A stretch of DNA of 64,000 nucleotides from Sphingobium sp. (GTDB taxonomy: Bacteria > Pseudomonadota > Alphaproteobacteria > Sphingomonadales > Sphingomonadaceae). The position numbers and the translations under genes are program-made. The stretch spans positions 1,623 to 65,622 of the forward strand of contig DATEDR010000413.1 of the NCBI GenBank assembly GCA_035281605.1, written 5' to 3'. Below the pieces are notes generated by a model that did not search any database, was not told the origin of the DNA, and saw only the letters and a program-made list of their open reading frames with translations. Shown here piece after piece: positions 41,782 to 50,004 of this stretch (positions are counted from its first letter, which is position 1; every line of letters starts with the position of its first letter).

Positions 41782-43770
41782 ATGTCCGATGACGACGAGA
41801 TCAAGCCGCGTCTCGGCAAGCAGCGCAGCACCCCTATCCGGCGCGGGCGCAGCTATATGAGCCAGGTCTTGCAGGCCGCCAATCTCGCCGGCGGCATCAA
41901 GTCCGGCGGAGGAAGCCGGGGCCGGTTCCACGGCAACCGCTCGGGTGTCGGCGTGGGCGTCGGCCGCGTGCTCGCCTCGCGCGACCGTTTCGCCGCTTTT
42001 CGCCAGCGCCGTGTCATGGTCAAATCACGCATCGTCCGGCTCGACCGGGCGAAGGGAATGAACGCCGCACGCGCGCATCTGCGCTATATCCAGCGCGACG
42101 GCGTCACCCGCGACGGCACGCCGGGCCAACTCTACACCGCCGAACAGGAAAAGGCCGATGGCCGCGCCTTTCTCGAACGCGCGGGCGGCGACCGGCATCA
42201 GTTCCGCTTCATCGTCTCAGCCGAGGATGGTCAAAGCTACGGCGATCTCAGATCGCTGACCCGCCGCCTGATGACACAGATGGAGCAGGATCTGGGCACG
42301 AAGCTGGACTGGGTGGCGGTCGATCATTTCAACACCGGCCATCCCCATAGCCATATCGTCCTGCGTGGTAAGGACGAGCGGGGTCGCGACCTTGTCATCG
42401 GTCGCGAATATTTGACGGGTGGCATCCGCGAACGCGCCGCCGAACTGGTGTCGCTCGATCTGGGGCCGCGCACCAATCTCGAGATCAGCGACCGGCTGCA
42501 GCGCGAGATGGAGCAGGAACGGTTGACGAGCATCGACCGGCGTCTGCTGCGTGACATGGATCAGGATCGGATCGTGGAAGCCGCCGACCGCGATCCTTTC
42601 CAGCAATCGTTGCGCGCCGGGCGATTGCAAAAGCTTGGTCGGCTGGGTCTTTCGGGCGAGATCGCGCCGGGTCGCTGGCGGCTCGCCGAAGGTATGGACG
42701 ATGTGCTGCGCCGGATGGGCGAGCGCGGCGACATCATTCGCACCATGCAGCGGGCCTTCACCGACCACGAGCTGGAGCGCGCAGGAGCCGACTATGCGAT
42801 CGCCGATCCCGCGACCATGATACCGATCGTGGGGCGGGTGGTGGAACGCGGCCTTGCGGACGAGATCAACGACCGCCATTATCTCATCGTCGATGCGACC
42901 GATGGGCGCAGCCATTATGTCGATATCGGCAAGGGGGATGCGACCGATCCGATCCCGGCGGGTGCGCTGGTACGGATCGACCCGAAATCGACGATCGCCC
43001 GCGCCGTGGATCACACTGTGGCCGAGATCGCCGCCGCCCATGGCGGGCGCTACAGCATCGACATCCATCTGCGCCATGATCCCAATGCCACGCAGACCTT
43101 CGCCGAAACCCATGTCCGGCGGCTGGAGGCAATGCGCAGGGGCCTGGCCAGAGAGGGAAGCGGGATCAAGCGGGAGGCGGATGGCACATGGATCATTGCG
43201 CCCGATCATATCGAGCGCGCCACCGCGTTCGAGGCCCAGCGGGCGAAGACTGCACCGGTCATCGTCAATACGCTCTCCACACTTTCGCTCGACCGGCAGG
43301 TGGTCAGCGACGGCGCGACCTGGCTCGATCGCCAGCTTGTCGGCGCGGAAGTGGAACCCCCGCGCGATGCCGGCTTCGGCAAAGAAGTGAGGGAGGCGCT
43401 CGACCGGCGGCGGCAATGGCTGGTGGCGCAAGGACTGGCGCAGGAGGAACAGGGGCGCATCGCCATCCGCACGAACCTGCTTGCCACCCTGCGGCGACGA
43501 GAACTTGCCCGTGTCGCCGGGCAGCTCTCCAGCGAACTCGGGCTGGGCTATGCCGAAGCCCGAAACGGCGAGCGAATTGAGGGCCTATATCGCCGGCCGG
43601 TCGAACTCGCGTCGGGCCGCTACGCTCTGATTGAAAAGAGCCGCGAATTTACCCTCGTGCCATGGCGGCCGGTGCTCGACCGCCATATCGGTAAGGAGGT
43701 CTCCGGCATCGTGCGCGGCGATGCCATAAGCTGGACCATCGGTCGTCAGCGCGGACCATCAATTTCGTAA
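41782..43770 (+). CDS. MOBP relaxase RlxS/VirD2-like with DUF3363
   Basis: AHLRYIQRDG (Tyr), HQFRFIVSAED, HFNTGHPHSHIVLRG (HUH), FTLVPWRP. Confidence 0.92.
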   Translation: MSDDDEIKPRLGKQRSTPIRRGRSYMSQVLQAANLAGGIKSGGGSRGRFHGNRSGVGVGVGRVLASRDRFAAFRQRRVMVKSRIVRLDRAKGMNAARAHLRYIQRDGVTRDGTPGQLYTAEQEKADGRAFLERAGGDRHQFRFIVSAEDGQSYGDLRSLTRRLMTQMEQDLGTKLDWVAVDHFNTGHPHSHIVLRGKDERGRDLVIGREYLTGGIRERAAELVSLDLGPRTNLEISDRLQREMEQERLTSIDRRLLRDMDQDRIVEAADRDPFQQSLRAGRLQKLGRLGLSGEIAPGRWRLAEGMDDVLRRMGERGDIIRTMQRAFTDHELERAGADYAIADPATMIPIVGRVVERGLADEINDRHYLIVDATDGRSHYVDIGKGDATDPIPAGALVRIDPKSTIARAVDHTVAEIAAAHGGRYSIDIHLRHDPNATQTFAETHVRRLEAMRRGLAREGSGIKREADGTWIIAPDHIERATAFEAQRAKTAPVIVNTLSTLSLDRQVVSDGATWLDRQLVGAEVEPPRDAGFGKEVREALDRRRQWLVAQGLAQEEQGRIAIRTNLLATLRRRELARVAGQLSSELGLGYAEARNGERIEGLYRRPVELASGRYALIEKSREFTLVPWRPVLDRHIGKEVSGIVRGDAISWTIGRQRGPSIS

Positions 43771-44032
43771 GGGGCAATGACTGGGGTGTTCGACGATCTG
43801 GAATGGCCGGTTTCTTTGTCTATCTGGCCGGACTTGCCGTTCGTTCATTCGGTGATTGGCGCCGTTGAAGTGATTGTAGTGACGGTCCGGACACTCGACC
43901 GACCGTGACAGCCAATGGTTGGCGCGGTTCACGAGAGCCCGGCCCGCAAGGGCGTGGCAATAAGTCATCGGCAGGTAATTGAGAGTTAAACGGGGAATTC
44001 GCAACGCAGGAAAAGTCCGGCAGCCACGGACA

Positions 44033-44746
44033 TCAAGGCTTTCTGATCACCTTGGTTTTGTAGACAGTTTCTTTAACGTCGCCAACTGTGCGTTCGACAC
44101 CGACCCACATATCTTTGCCGTCGCCATCGTATTTGGCGCTATCCGAGAGCTTCTTATACGAACGCGAAGAAATATAGACGCACCAGGGATAGTTTCGCAC
44201 ATCGGAAAGCTTGGCCGAGAATGCCGGTGCCTTTCCTATCCAAATGAGATCGTTATTATTACTGATGCCAGCGCGAACGGCGCGGGCCACACCCACGTCG
44301 ATCCCTACGCAGTGGGTGATTTGCAACTCGTTGTCGCGCACAGATTTAAATTTTTCCCGTGCTTTCGGCGCGATGATCTTTTCAACGACATAGTCTATCT
44401 CTCTTGCGCAGTTTGCAGCGTTGCTGTTTGGCGTGTCTCCAATAAAGACCCCCATCACGCGATCACCGTCGAAGCTGCGAATTTCTCCGCCCCAGGCCCT
44501 GATGAGGCGGGTGGCAACGTCGAGATAGGCCCGGATAATCTTCGCCGTCGTTTGCCATTGGCAAACGCGGGCAAGGCGAGACGATCCAGCCAAATCGGCG
44601 TAGAGGAACACAGCATCGAGCTTCACGGCACCGTTGCGGAGCGTCACGCTGTCGGAATCCGGCACGGTCCGACCCTCGCGCTCATCCCAGGCGACGGAAA
44701 AAATGTCATCGACGGAATCGCTCAACGTATCGACGAAAGAAGACAT
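44033..44746 (-). CDS. pycC: Class III nucleotide cyclase, Pycsar PycC-like (uridylate cyclase type)
   Basis: LYADLAGSS, RSFDGDRVMGVF, DLIWIGKAPAFSAKLSD; adjacent to cNMP-TIR. Confidence 0.8.
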   Translation of the reverse strand: MSSFVDTLSDSVDDIFSVAWDEREGRTVPDSDSVTLRNGAVKLDAVFLYADLAGSSRLARVCQWQTTAKIIRAYLDVATRLIRAWGGEIRSFDGDRVMGVFIGDTPNSNAANCAREIDYVVEKIIAPKAREKFKSVRDNELQITHCVGIDVGVARAVRAGISNNNDLIWIGKAPAFSAKLSDVRNYPWCVYISSRSYKKLSDSAKYDGDGKDMWVGVERTVGDVKETVYKTKVIRKP

Positions 44747-44766
44747 TCGGACCTCATATCAAGCAA

Positions 44767-45702
44767 TCAGCGGGCGCGCCTGTCGGTGAACACGCCTTCC
44801 TTTTCAATGTGCTCCTTCGCTTCGATGCAGGCGTTGCGCACCGTGCGCTTCATTTCATCGTCGGAACCGGTCCGATATCGCAACGTGGTCAAACCTGCTG
44901 CATCGCTCGGCAAACGAACGCCGTCATCTGCGCAAACTAGAAGCATTGATCGCCGACGCCCCAGCACGCCGAGAGAAATCCCAAATTCGAGATGGACATT
45001 GTCGCGAGCAACTTGATGGGTTTCGCCTCGCATGGTGAGGGTGTCATCCGCTCCGACAACGGCAATCGTGAAGTCGGACGATTCAATCGCGTCCATCAGC
45101 GAGCTTATGGGATAATCGGAAATGCTGAATGTCCCTTTATCCCACAGTTGAACTGCAATTTCCTTGGAATCGAGATTCCGCACGATTTCATTCGCGACAC
45201 CGATCTTCTCAGATGACGAAATCACGAAAATTCTGGGAATGTCATTTGTTTGCCCAATGCCCTTGTTTCGCTCGTCAAGCCGTCCTGCGACCACATCAAG
45301 CATCCGCTTCAAATAGGCAGGGCTATCGCGCGTAATCTCATCCAGCGCAGTGCGCTTGAGGCGAAGTACTAGCGCCTCGCCGATCGCCGAAACGGTAGCC
45401 GTGCGAGGCCGCGCTGGGGATGTACCGGTAAGCTCCCCTACATGCGTGCCAGCCTCGCGTACCGCCTGCGGACGCCCGTTGATGGTGATCTGCATCTTTC
45501 CGGCAAGAATGAGAAACAGGTCGTCGTCCCAGTCGCCTTGCTTGATGATGACATCGCCATCGGCAATTTCCTGCAACACCCCGGCGGCAACGATCTGTTC
45601 GGCAAGGTCCTTGTCATTCGCGACCAAATCCTGGCCGCAAACCGCTTCTATGAGCCTGCCTTTGTTTTCGTCTCCACTAAATCTATCCAGCAATGCGCCC
45701 AT
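44767..45702 (-). CDS. cNMP-binding + TIR effector, PycTIR-like NADase
   Basis: IIKQGD..LFLILAG..VGELT..RPRTATV cNMP domain; RIFVISSSE..ARDNVHLEFG..LPSD TIR with catalytic Glu; RBS GGAGGA. Confidence 0.88.
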   Translation of the reverse strand: MGALLDRFSGDENKGRLIEAVCGQDLVANDKDLAEQIVAAGVLQEIADGDVIIKQGDWDDDLFLILAGKMQITINGRPQAVREAGTHVGELTGTSPARPRTATVSAIGEALVLRLKRTALDEITRDSPAYLKRMLDVVAGRLDERNKGIGQTNDIPRIFVISSSEKIGVANEIVRNLDSKEIAVQLWDKGTFSISDYPISSLMDAIESSDFTIAVVGADDTLTMRGETHQVARDNVHLEFGISLGVLGRRRSMLLVCADDGVRLPSDAAGLTTLRYRTGSDDEMKRTVRNACIEAKEHIEKEGVFTDRRAR

Positions 45703-45719
45703 AGTATCCTCCAATCCTT

Positions 45720-46442
45720 TCAGCGTAATCCGCACGACTTCATTTTACCGCAACAAGTTTCGCCCAAAGCGCGGGCATCCTGCCAGTATTTTTCAAGATG
45801 AAACTTCCTCTTCTGCTCACAAGAGACAAGTTCCAGCATTAGCGTCCGCTTCTTGCAGTCCTTGCGCACAATCGGCCACTTGCGACGACTTTTGTGCTTG
45901 CACCCTATTGGGCATGGTGCCCGACCGTTGATCGGGTTGCCCTTCTTGTCGAAAAAACGAAGATTGGGATCGGTGATCCATGAGGGCTCGCCCAGATAGG
46001 CGGCGGCGTATTCCTCTTCAAAGCCAAGCTCGCGTGCCGCGATGAGCGCCTTTTCGTGCCATTCGCCTGCACCGCCATGGTCGAGCGCGTGCGCTGGCGG
46101 CCAGATACCTGTCTTTTCGGCAATCGACTGGCAGCAAAGGTACTGCCTTAGTTGCTCCCACCATTGAATGGCCGTCTCGTCCGATACCACTTCGAGAGTA
46201 TGCAGGCCCAGACAAAAGGTCTGATCGCGTTGTATGTGGCGTTCGGGACAACGGGCCGGGAAATTTGTGCCGGGAGTTTCTTCCCTAACGCTGAGCGTCG
46301 AATATCCCTGTATGTGCAATTTTATGCCGGAGCCCGACCAGAGAGTGCCGGGCACATACGCTGTGCCTACAAGAAACAGCGACGACGATGTTTCTATCGA
46401 AAACCAGGCGGGGCAGTTGCCTTCTAAATGACGGGATGGCAT
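45720..46442 (-). CDS. Prokaryotic E2-like protein with Cys-rich C-terminal domain
   Basis: CPERHIQRDQTFCLG resembles the E2 flap/active-site Cys; TGIWPP..DHG; CPIGC, DC, CCGKMKSC. Confidence 0.65.
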   Translation of the reverse strand: MPSRHLEGNCPAWFSIETSSSLFLVGTAYVPGTLWSGSGIKLHIQGYSTLSVREETPGTNFPARCPERHIQRDQTFCLGLHTLEVVSDETAIQWWEQLRQYLCCQSIAEKTGIWPPAHALDHGGAGEWHEKALIAARELGFEEEYAAAYLGEPSWITDPNLRFFDKKGNPINGRAPCPIGCKHKSRRKWPIVRKDCKKRTLMLELVSCEQKRKFHLEKYWQDARALGETCCGKMKSCGLR

Positions 46443-46448
46443 GGCCGC

Positions 46449-48026
46449 TCACAGCTTCGCATGTGCCCTCATTGGCTCGGGTGCGTGCGCGCGCATCGGC
46501 TCCGCCTGCACAGACGAAACGTAAGGCGATGCCATTGTTCCCAGAAGCATTGCCGACGCATCATAATCCATGTTGGAAATGACGCGCTCACTCCCAAAGA
46601 TTTGCCGAACGACGGCAGGCGCAACCGCATAGGCCTTCTCGCCTATCGCGGTTTCCGTTCCTGTGCACCGGCGCTGTTCGTTCTCCGAAACGCAGGTGGC
46701 GCGGCTTGTCGCAGTCCTGACGCTGGCCGCACCGCGAAGCCCGATGCGGCAGATTGGTGTCGGGCCGAAGTCGATGCCGATGGCAAGGCCGAGGCCCGCG
46801 ATACCCGGCAAGGCCATCTTGCAAAGATCGAAGGAGGAACGAATACCACCTGCCGCGTTCACTGAGGCACGGATGGAATCCATCGCGTTGGTCTCGCGAG
46901 AATTTCCCTCTGCGAGAAGTCCGTGCACACAATCGCCGACGAAGCGCACTTTGCGCCCCCCAAAATCTTCCCGCAGCACAGCAGCCATCTCGGCGCGGAG
47001 CACATGCAGATTGGCAACGGCTTCAGCTACATTTTCGGTCTGGATTGCGTGATCCACATAGGCAGTGAAACCGTCGATGTCTGCGAAGATCGAGGCCAGT
47101 GGCATGCGTATCGCGTTGCTGGGGGGATGCTCGGCAAACACGATGTCCTTGAGCGGCGGTTCCTTATGGTGAAAGCGGAAGGCTGCATCTGAAGCCTGCT
47201 CGGGATATTCGCGGCGCTTCATCTGAGCTTCAAAATCAATATAGGCTTTCGCCAGACGCGTGTCGGCATCGAATGTCTGACCTCGGGCACTGACGCCCTC
47301 TTGCAGAAATCCTGTTTCCACGGCCTTTGCCAGAGCGGTGAAGGAAGTTGGCGCGTTCTGGTCTCTCGCGTGCTGCACACGATTGCTGAGAAAGATGCCT
47401 TCTTCGTCTCCGTCAGCGAGCTTGGCCGCATGGTTTGCAGGGCTACCGATGAAAAGGGGGTCGGGCTCGTCACGCTTGCCGCTATCGATTGCCACCGCCG
47501 GACCGCTGTCTATGCCGACCCGCACCGCCGTTTGAAACTCGGGGAAATCGTTGCCGAGGCGCTCGACCATCTGGCGAAATGCCGCTGCAAACGAGATCGC
47601 CTTGCGAATGCGCTCCGGTTCGTTCTCTCGCCCTTCGGGGGTTAGCACGACAGCATGGAGACGTGAGCCGTGGAAATCGACGCGCTGGATATCAAACTCG
47701 TCGATAAGGCTGTCGCAGGCACTGTAGTGTGTATGCAGGAATTCTAAAGCGCGCCGATGGCTCGCTTCGGTCTCAACGCCAGCGTCTTCAAGGACACCGT
47801 TGAAATCGATGAGGTTCGCATAGATATGCGCACCGTGCGTTGTGATGGCGCGGTTGCGGGGCACACGAAGAATTGCGAGTTTATCGTCAGTGAGCCCGCC
47901 GCTCGCCTTCAGAACTCGCCTTTCACCCAGATACCGGGCAAAATCCTCGACGACAATTTCACCTTGCGGAACGGTCTCTTTGAACCGCTGGATGCGTAGT
48001 GCTGCACGTTCCTGATTCCAGGCCAT
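46449..48026 (-). CDS. Tandem two-domain class III nucleotide cyclase
   Basis: N-domain IYANLIDF/FHGSR/VRVGIDSG/GSPANHAAKL; C-domain IFADIDGFT/FVGDC/LAIGIDFG. Confidence 0.8.
   Translation of the reverse strand: MAWNQERAALRIQRFKETVPQGEIVVEDFARYLGERRVLKASGGLTDDKLAILRVPRNRAITTHGAHIYANLIDFNGVLEDAGVETEASHRRALEFLHTHYSACDSLIDEFDIQRVDFHGSRLHAVVLTPEGRENEPERIRKAISFAAAFRQMVERLGNDFPEFQTAVRVGIDSGPAVAIDSGKRDEPDPLFIGSPANHAAKLADGDEEGIFLSNRVQHARDQNAPTSFTALAKAVETGFLQEGVSARGQTFDADTRLAKAYIDFEAQMKRREYPEQASDAAFRFHHKEPPLKDIVFAEHPPSNAIRMPLASIFADIDGFTAYVDHAIQTENVAEAVANLHVLRAEMAAVLREDFGGRKVRFVGDCVHGLLAEGNSRETNAMDSIRASVNAAGGIRSSFDLCKMALPGIAGLGLAIGIDFGPTPICRIGLRGAASVRTATSRATCVSENEQRRCTGTETAIGEKAYAVAPAVVRQIFGSERVISNMDYDASAMLLGTMASPYVSSVQAEPMRAHAPEPMRAHAKL
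46458..46502 (-). repeat. Duplicated 21-nt unit encoding EPMRAHA twice at the cyclase C-terminus
   Basis: 46482-46502 and 46458-46478 differ at 6 of 21 nt, all synonymous. Confidence 0.9.
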
Positions 48027-48078
48027 TCTACCTCACTCTCCGCAGCATCACGGGCTGCGCTTTCATTGTTGACCGCAA

Positions 48079-48312
48079 TCAGCCCTTTGGCGGATTGGGA
48101 TCGTTGCCATGGCTGTCGCTGCTGGCGATGCGGCCATCCTTATTGTGGATCCGGAATTCGGTGCCCTGATTGCGGCTGATCTCGCGACCCCGATCAATAG
48201 CTTCCCGCTTGGTGTCCGCATGTACGCTCGCGCGTCCTGCTCCACCCCGTTTCACGTCCCATCCGCCGTTTGGATTCGGTACGACGTGGTGGGACTTCGG
48301 CCCTTTGCCCAT
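48079..48312 (-). CDS. DUF2188 protein
   Basis: HVVPNPNGGWDVK..RAS....TKREAI..GREI....EFRIHNKDGRI..DSHGNDP.PPKG; RBS GGAG. Confidence 0.88.
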   Translation of the reverse strand: MGKGPKSHHVVPNPNGGWDVKRGGAGRASVHADTKREAIDRGREISRNQGTEFRIHNKDGRIASSDSHGNDPNPPKG

Positions 48313-48347
48313 GAGCTGTGCTCCGTAAAGCTCGCGAGGCACACTTT

Positions 48348-48421
48348 ATACCTCTACTCCGAACATGCTTGCACAGTTGCTATTCGGCAGTCAAGCCTAT
48401 AAAATACCTCTACACCGAACA
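48348..48421. promoter_or_regulatory. 18-bp direct repeats in the divergent promoter
   Basis: ATACCTCTACTCCGAACA (48348-48365) and ATACCTCTACACCGAACA (48404-48421), 17/18 identical. Confidence 0.75.
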
Positions 48422-48443
48422 CGGCAAGGCGGGAGAAGCGGTT

Positions 48444-48767
48444 TTGGCAAATATCCTTGGGGAAAAGATTCGTAAGTTGCGCAAAGAGAAGGGATTGACG
48501 CTGGACAAGCTCGCCGATTTAACGGGGTCGAGCAAAAGCTATATATGGGAGCTGGAAAACAAGAACCCTCCAAGGCCGTCTGCGGAAAAACTCGCAAAAA
48601 TTGCCGAACAACTTGAAACGACAATCGAGTTTTTACTCGACGAAGGTGATGAACTCTCGCAGGAAGATGCGGCCGATGCGCGTTTTTATCGCCAATATCG
48701 AAAGATGGATTCCGCGACGAAGGCAAAAGTGCGTCAGATCATAAAGCTTTGGGATGAGGATACATGA
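48444..48767 (+). CDS. capH: XRE HTH repressor, CapH-like
   Basis: LGEKIRKLRKEKGLTLDKLADLTGSSKSYIWELEN..PSAEKL; TTG start after GGGAG; 107 aa; overlaps peptidase start. Confidence 0.75.
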   Translation: MANILGEKIRKLRKEKGLTLDKLADLTGSSKSYIWELENKNPPRPSAEKLAKIAEQLETTIEFLLDEGDELSQEDAADARFYRQYRKMDSATKAKVRQIIKLWDEDT

Positions 48768-49666
48768 CCAAGAGCTGGTCGCCGCAACGCTGGGCAAACT
48801 CCATCACGACAATGCTCAATGCAGTGTACGGCGATGCACCGAAGCGTTTTCCGGTCAATATTCCACAGCTCGCCAAGGAATATTCAAAGCAGCGTTTCCC
48901 TGACGACTCGATCACGCTGGTGAAGGGGGCGTCCTTGCCGGGGTTCGATGGCGCGCTCTACCGTGCCCCATCGGCGAAGAAAGGTTGGGGGATCGTTTAC
49001 AACGATGCGATCAGGTCGCCAGGCCGGATCAATTTCACGCTGGGACATGAGTTCGGTCACTACCTGCTTCACCGCCTTGCATATCCCGATGGGATGGAAT
49101 GCGGCGACCAGGACATGGTGCGCTGGGACAGCGAATACGCACAGATCGAGCAACAGGCTAACGAATTTGCCGTCGGCCTGCTTATGCCTCTCGATGATTT
49201 CCGCAGACAAATCGACCCAAAAGCGAAACCCACCCTTGATGAGATCGGCGCTTGCGCTGCGAGATACGACGTTTCGCTGATAGCGGCGACGTTACGTTGG
49301 CTTCAATTCACCGAGCGCCGGTCCGTGCTCGTCGTTTCGCGAGACGGCTATATTCTTTGGACAAGATCGAGTGATCGCGCGCTCAAGACCGGTGCATATT
49401 TCAAGACGGTTGGCCGCCCACCGATTGCGGTGCCCGCTCTGTCCCTCGCCGCGCGCTCCGATCCTCTGAATAGCAAGGGCGCAATCGAGCATGGCGCAGA
49501 CGTATGGTTTGCCGAGCCATGCGAGGAAATCGCCCTCGTCTCCGACCACTACGATTTCACGATCTCGCTGCTGCATCTTGGTCGAGCCGAAAAGCGGACG
49601 TGGATGGACGAAGACGAGGTTGAAGATTCCTTCGGCCTGATGCAGCGCAAGTTGCGCATTGAATAG
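48764..49666 (+). CDS. capP: ImmA/IrrE metallopeptidase, CapP-like
   Basis: GRINFTLGHEFGHYLLH (HExxH), IEQQANEFA..LLMP, YDVSL.A HTH. Confidence 0.8.
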   Translation: MTKSWSPQRWANSITTMLNAVYGDAPKRFPVNIPQLAKEYSKQRFPDDSITLVKGASLPGFDGALYRAPSAKKGWGIVYNDAIRSPGRINFTLGHEFGHYLLHRLAYPDGMECGDQDMVRWDSEYAQIEQQANEFAVGLLMPLDDFRRQIDPKAKPTLDEIGACAARYDVSLIAATLRWLQFTERRSVLVVSRDGYILWTRSSDRALKTGAYFKTVGRPPIAVPALSLAARSDPLNSKGAIEHGADVWFAEPCEEIALVSDHYDFTISLLHLGRAEKRTWMDEDEVEDSFGLMQRKLRIE

Positions 49667-50004
49667 GGGCGTGGGCAACGACGGCTTTGTCCCCAGATCT
49701 GGTCAGTCGGTCCACCGTGAGAGCTTGATGAACAAACGGAAGCTTTCGAGAAGCCAATTTGAACGGCTGAACGACGGCTATGTTGGCGGCACCTGCCTGA
49801 ACGAAGGTCGGATTACTTTGATACACCCCCCCCGAACCCAAAGCTCCAGCCCATGCAGGCTGGCTGGCGCGCGGAAAGGTGCCTTGGCGTAACCACGTCG
49901 ATCGACTTGAATCTCAGGGGGCCGGCGCCGACATTTGAGCGATAGTCCAGCCCGACCGAAATGCTCGCCGCCTCGGTCAAGCCAGCGTGGGAAGTTCGGC
50001 CGCT

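Noticed and set aside
42217-43431. 404-aa ORF antisense to the relaxase (and similar long shadows over chrA, cusA, tolC, traG, trbL)
   Set aside because: Typical high-GC antisense or alternative-frame ORFs overlapping well-supported genes
43979-45016. 345-aa plus-strand ORF
   Set aside because: Antisense shadow of pycC and the TIR gene; no motifs
44033-48026. CBASS call for the cyclase operon
   Set aside because: The cyclases have class III (AD..GD) motifs, not CD-NTase GS..DxD; the small NTase at 50930 is too short and lies in a separate unit
49659-49892. 77-aa ORF after the peptidase
   Set aside because: No recognisable motif or clear RBS; treated as intergenic
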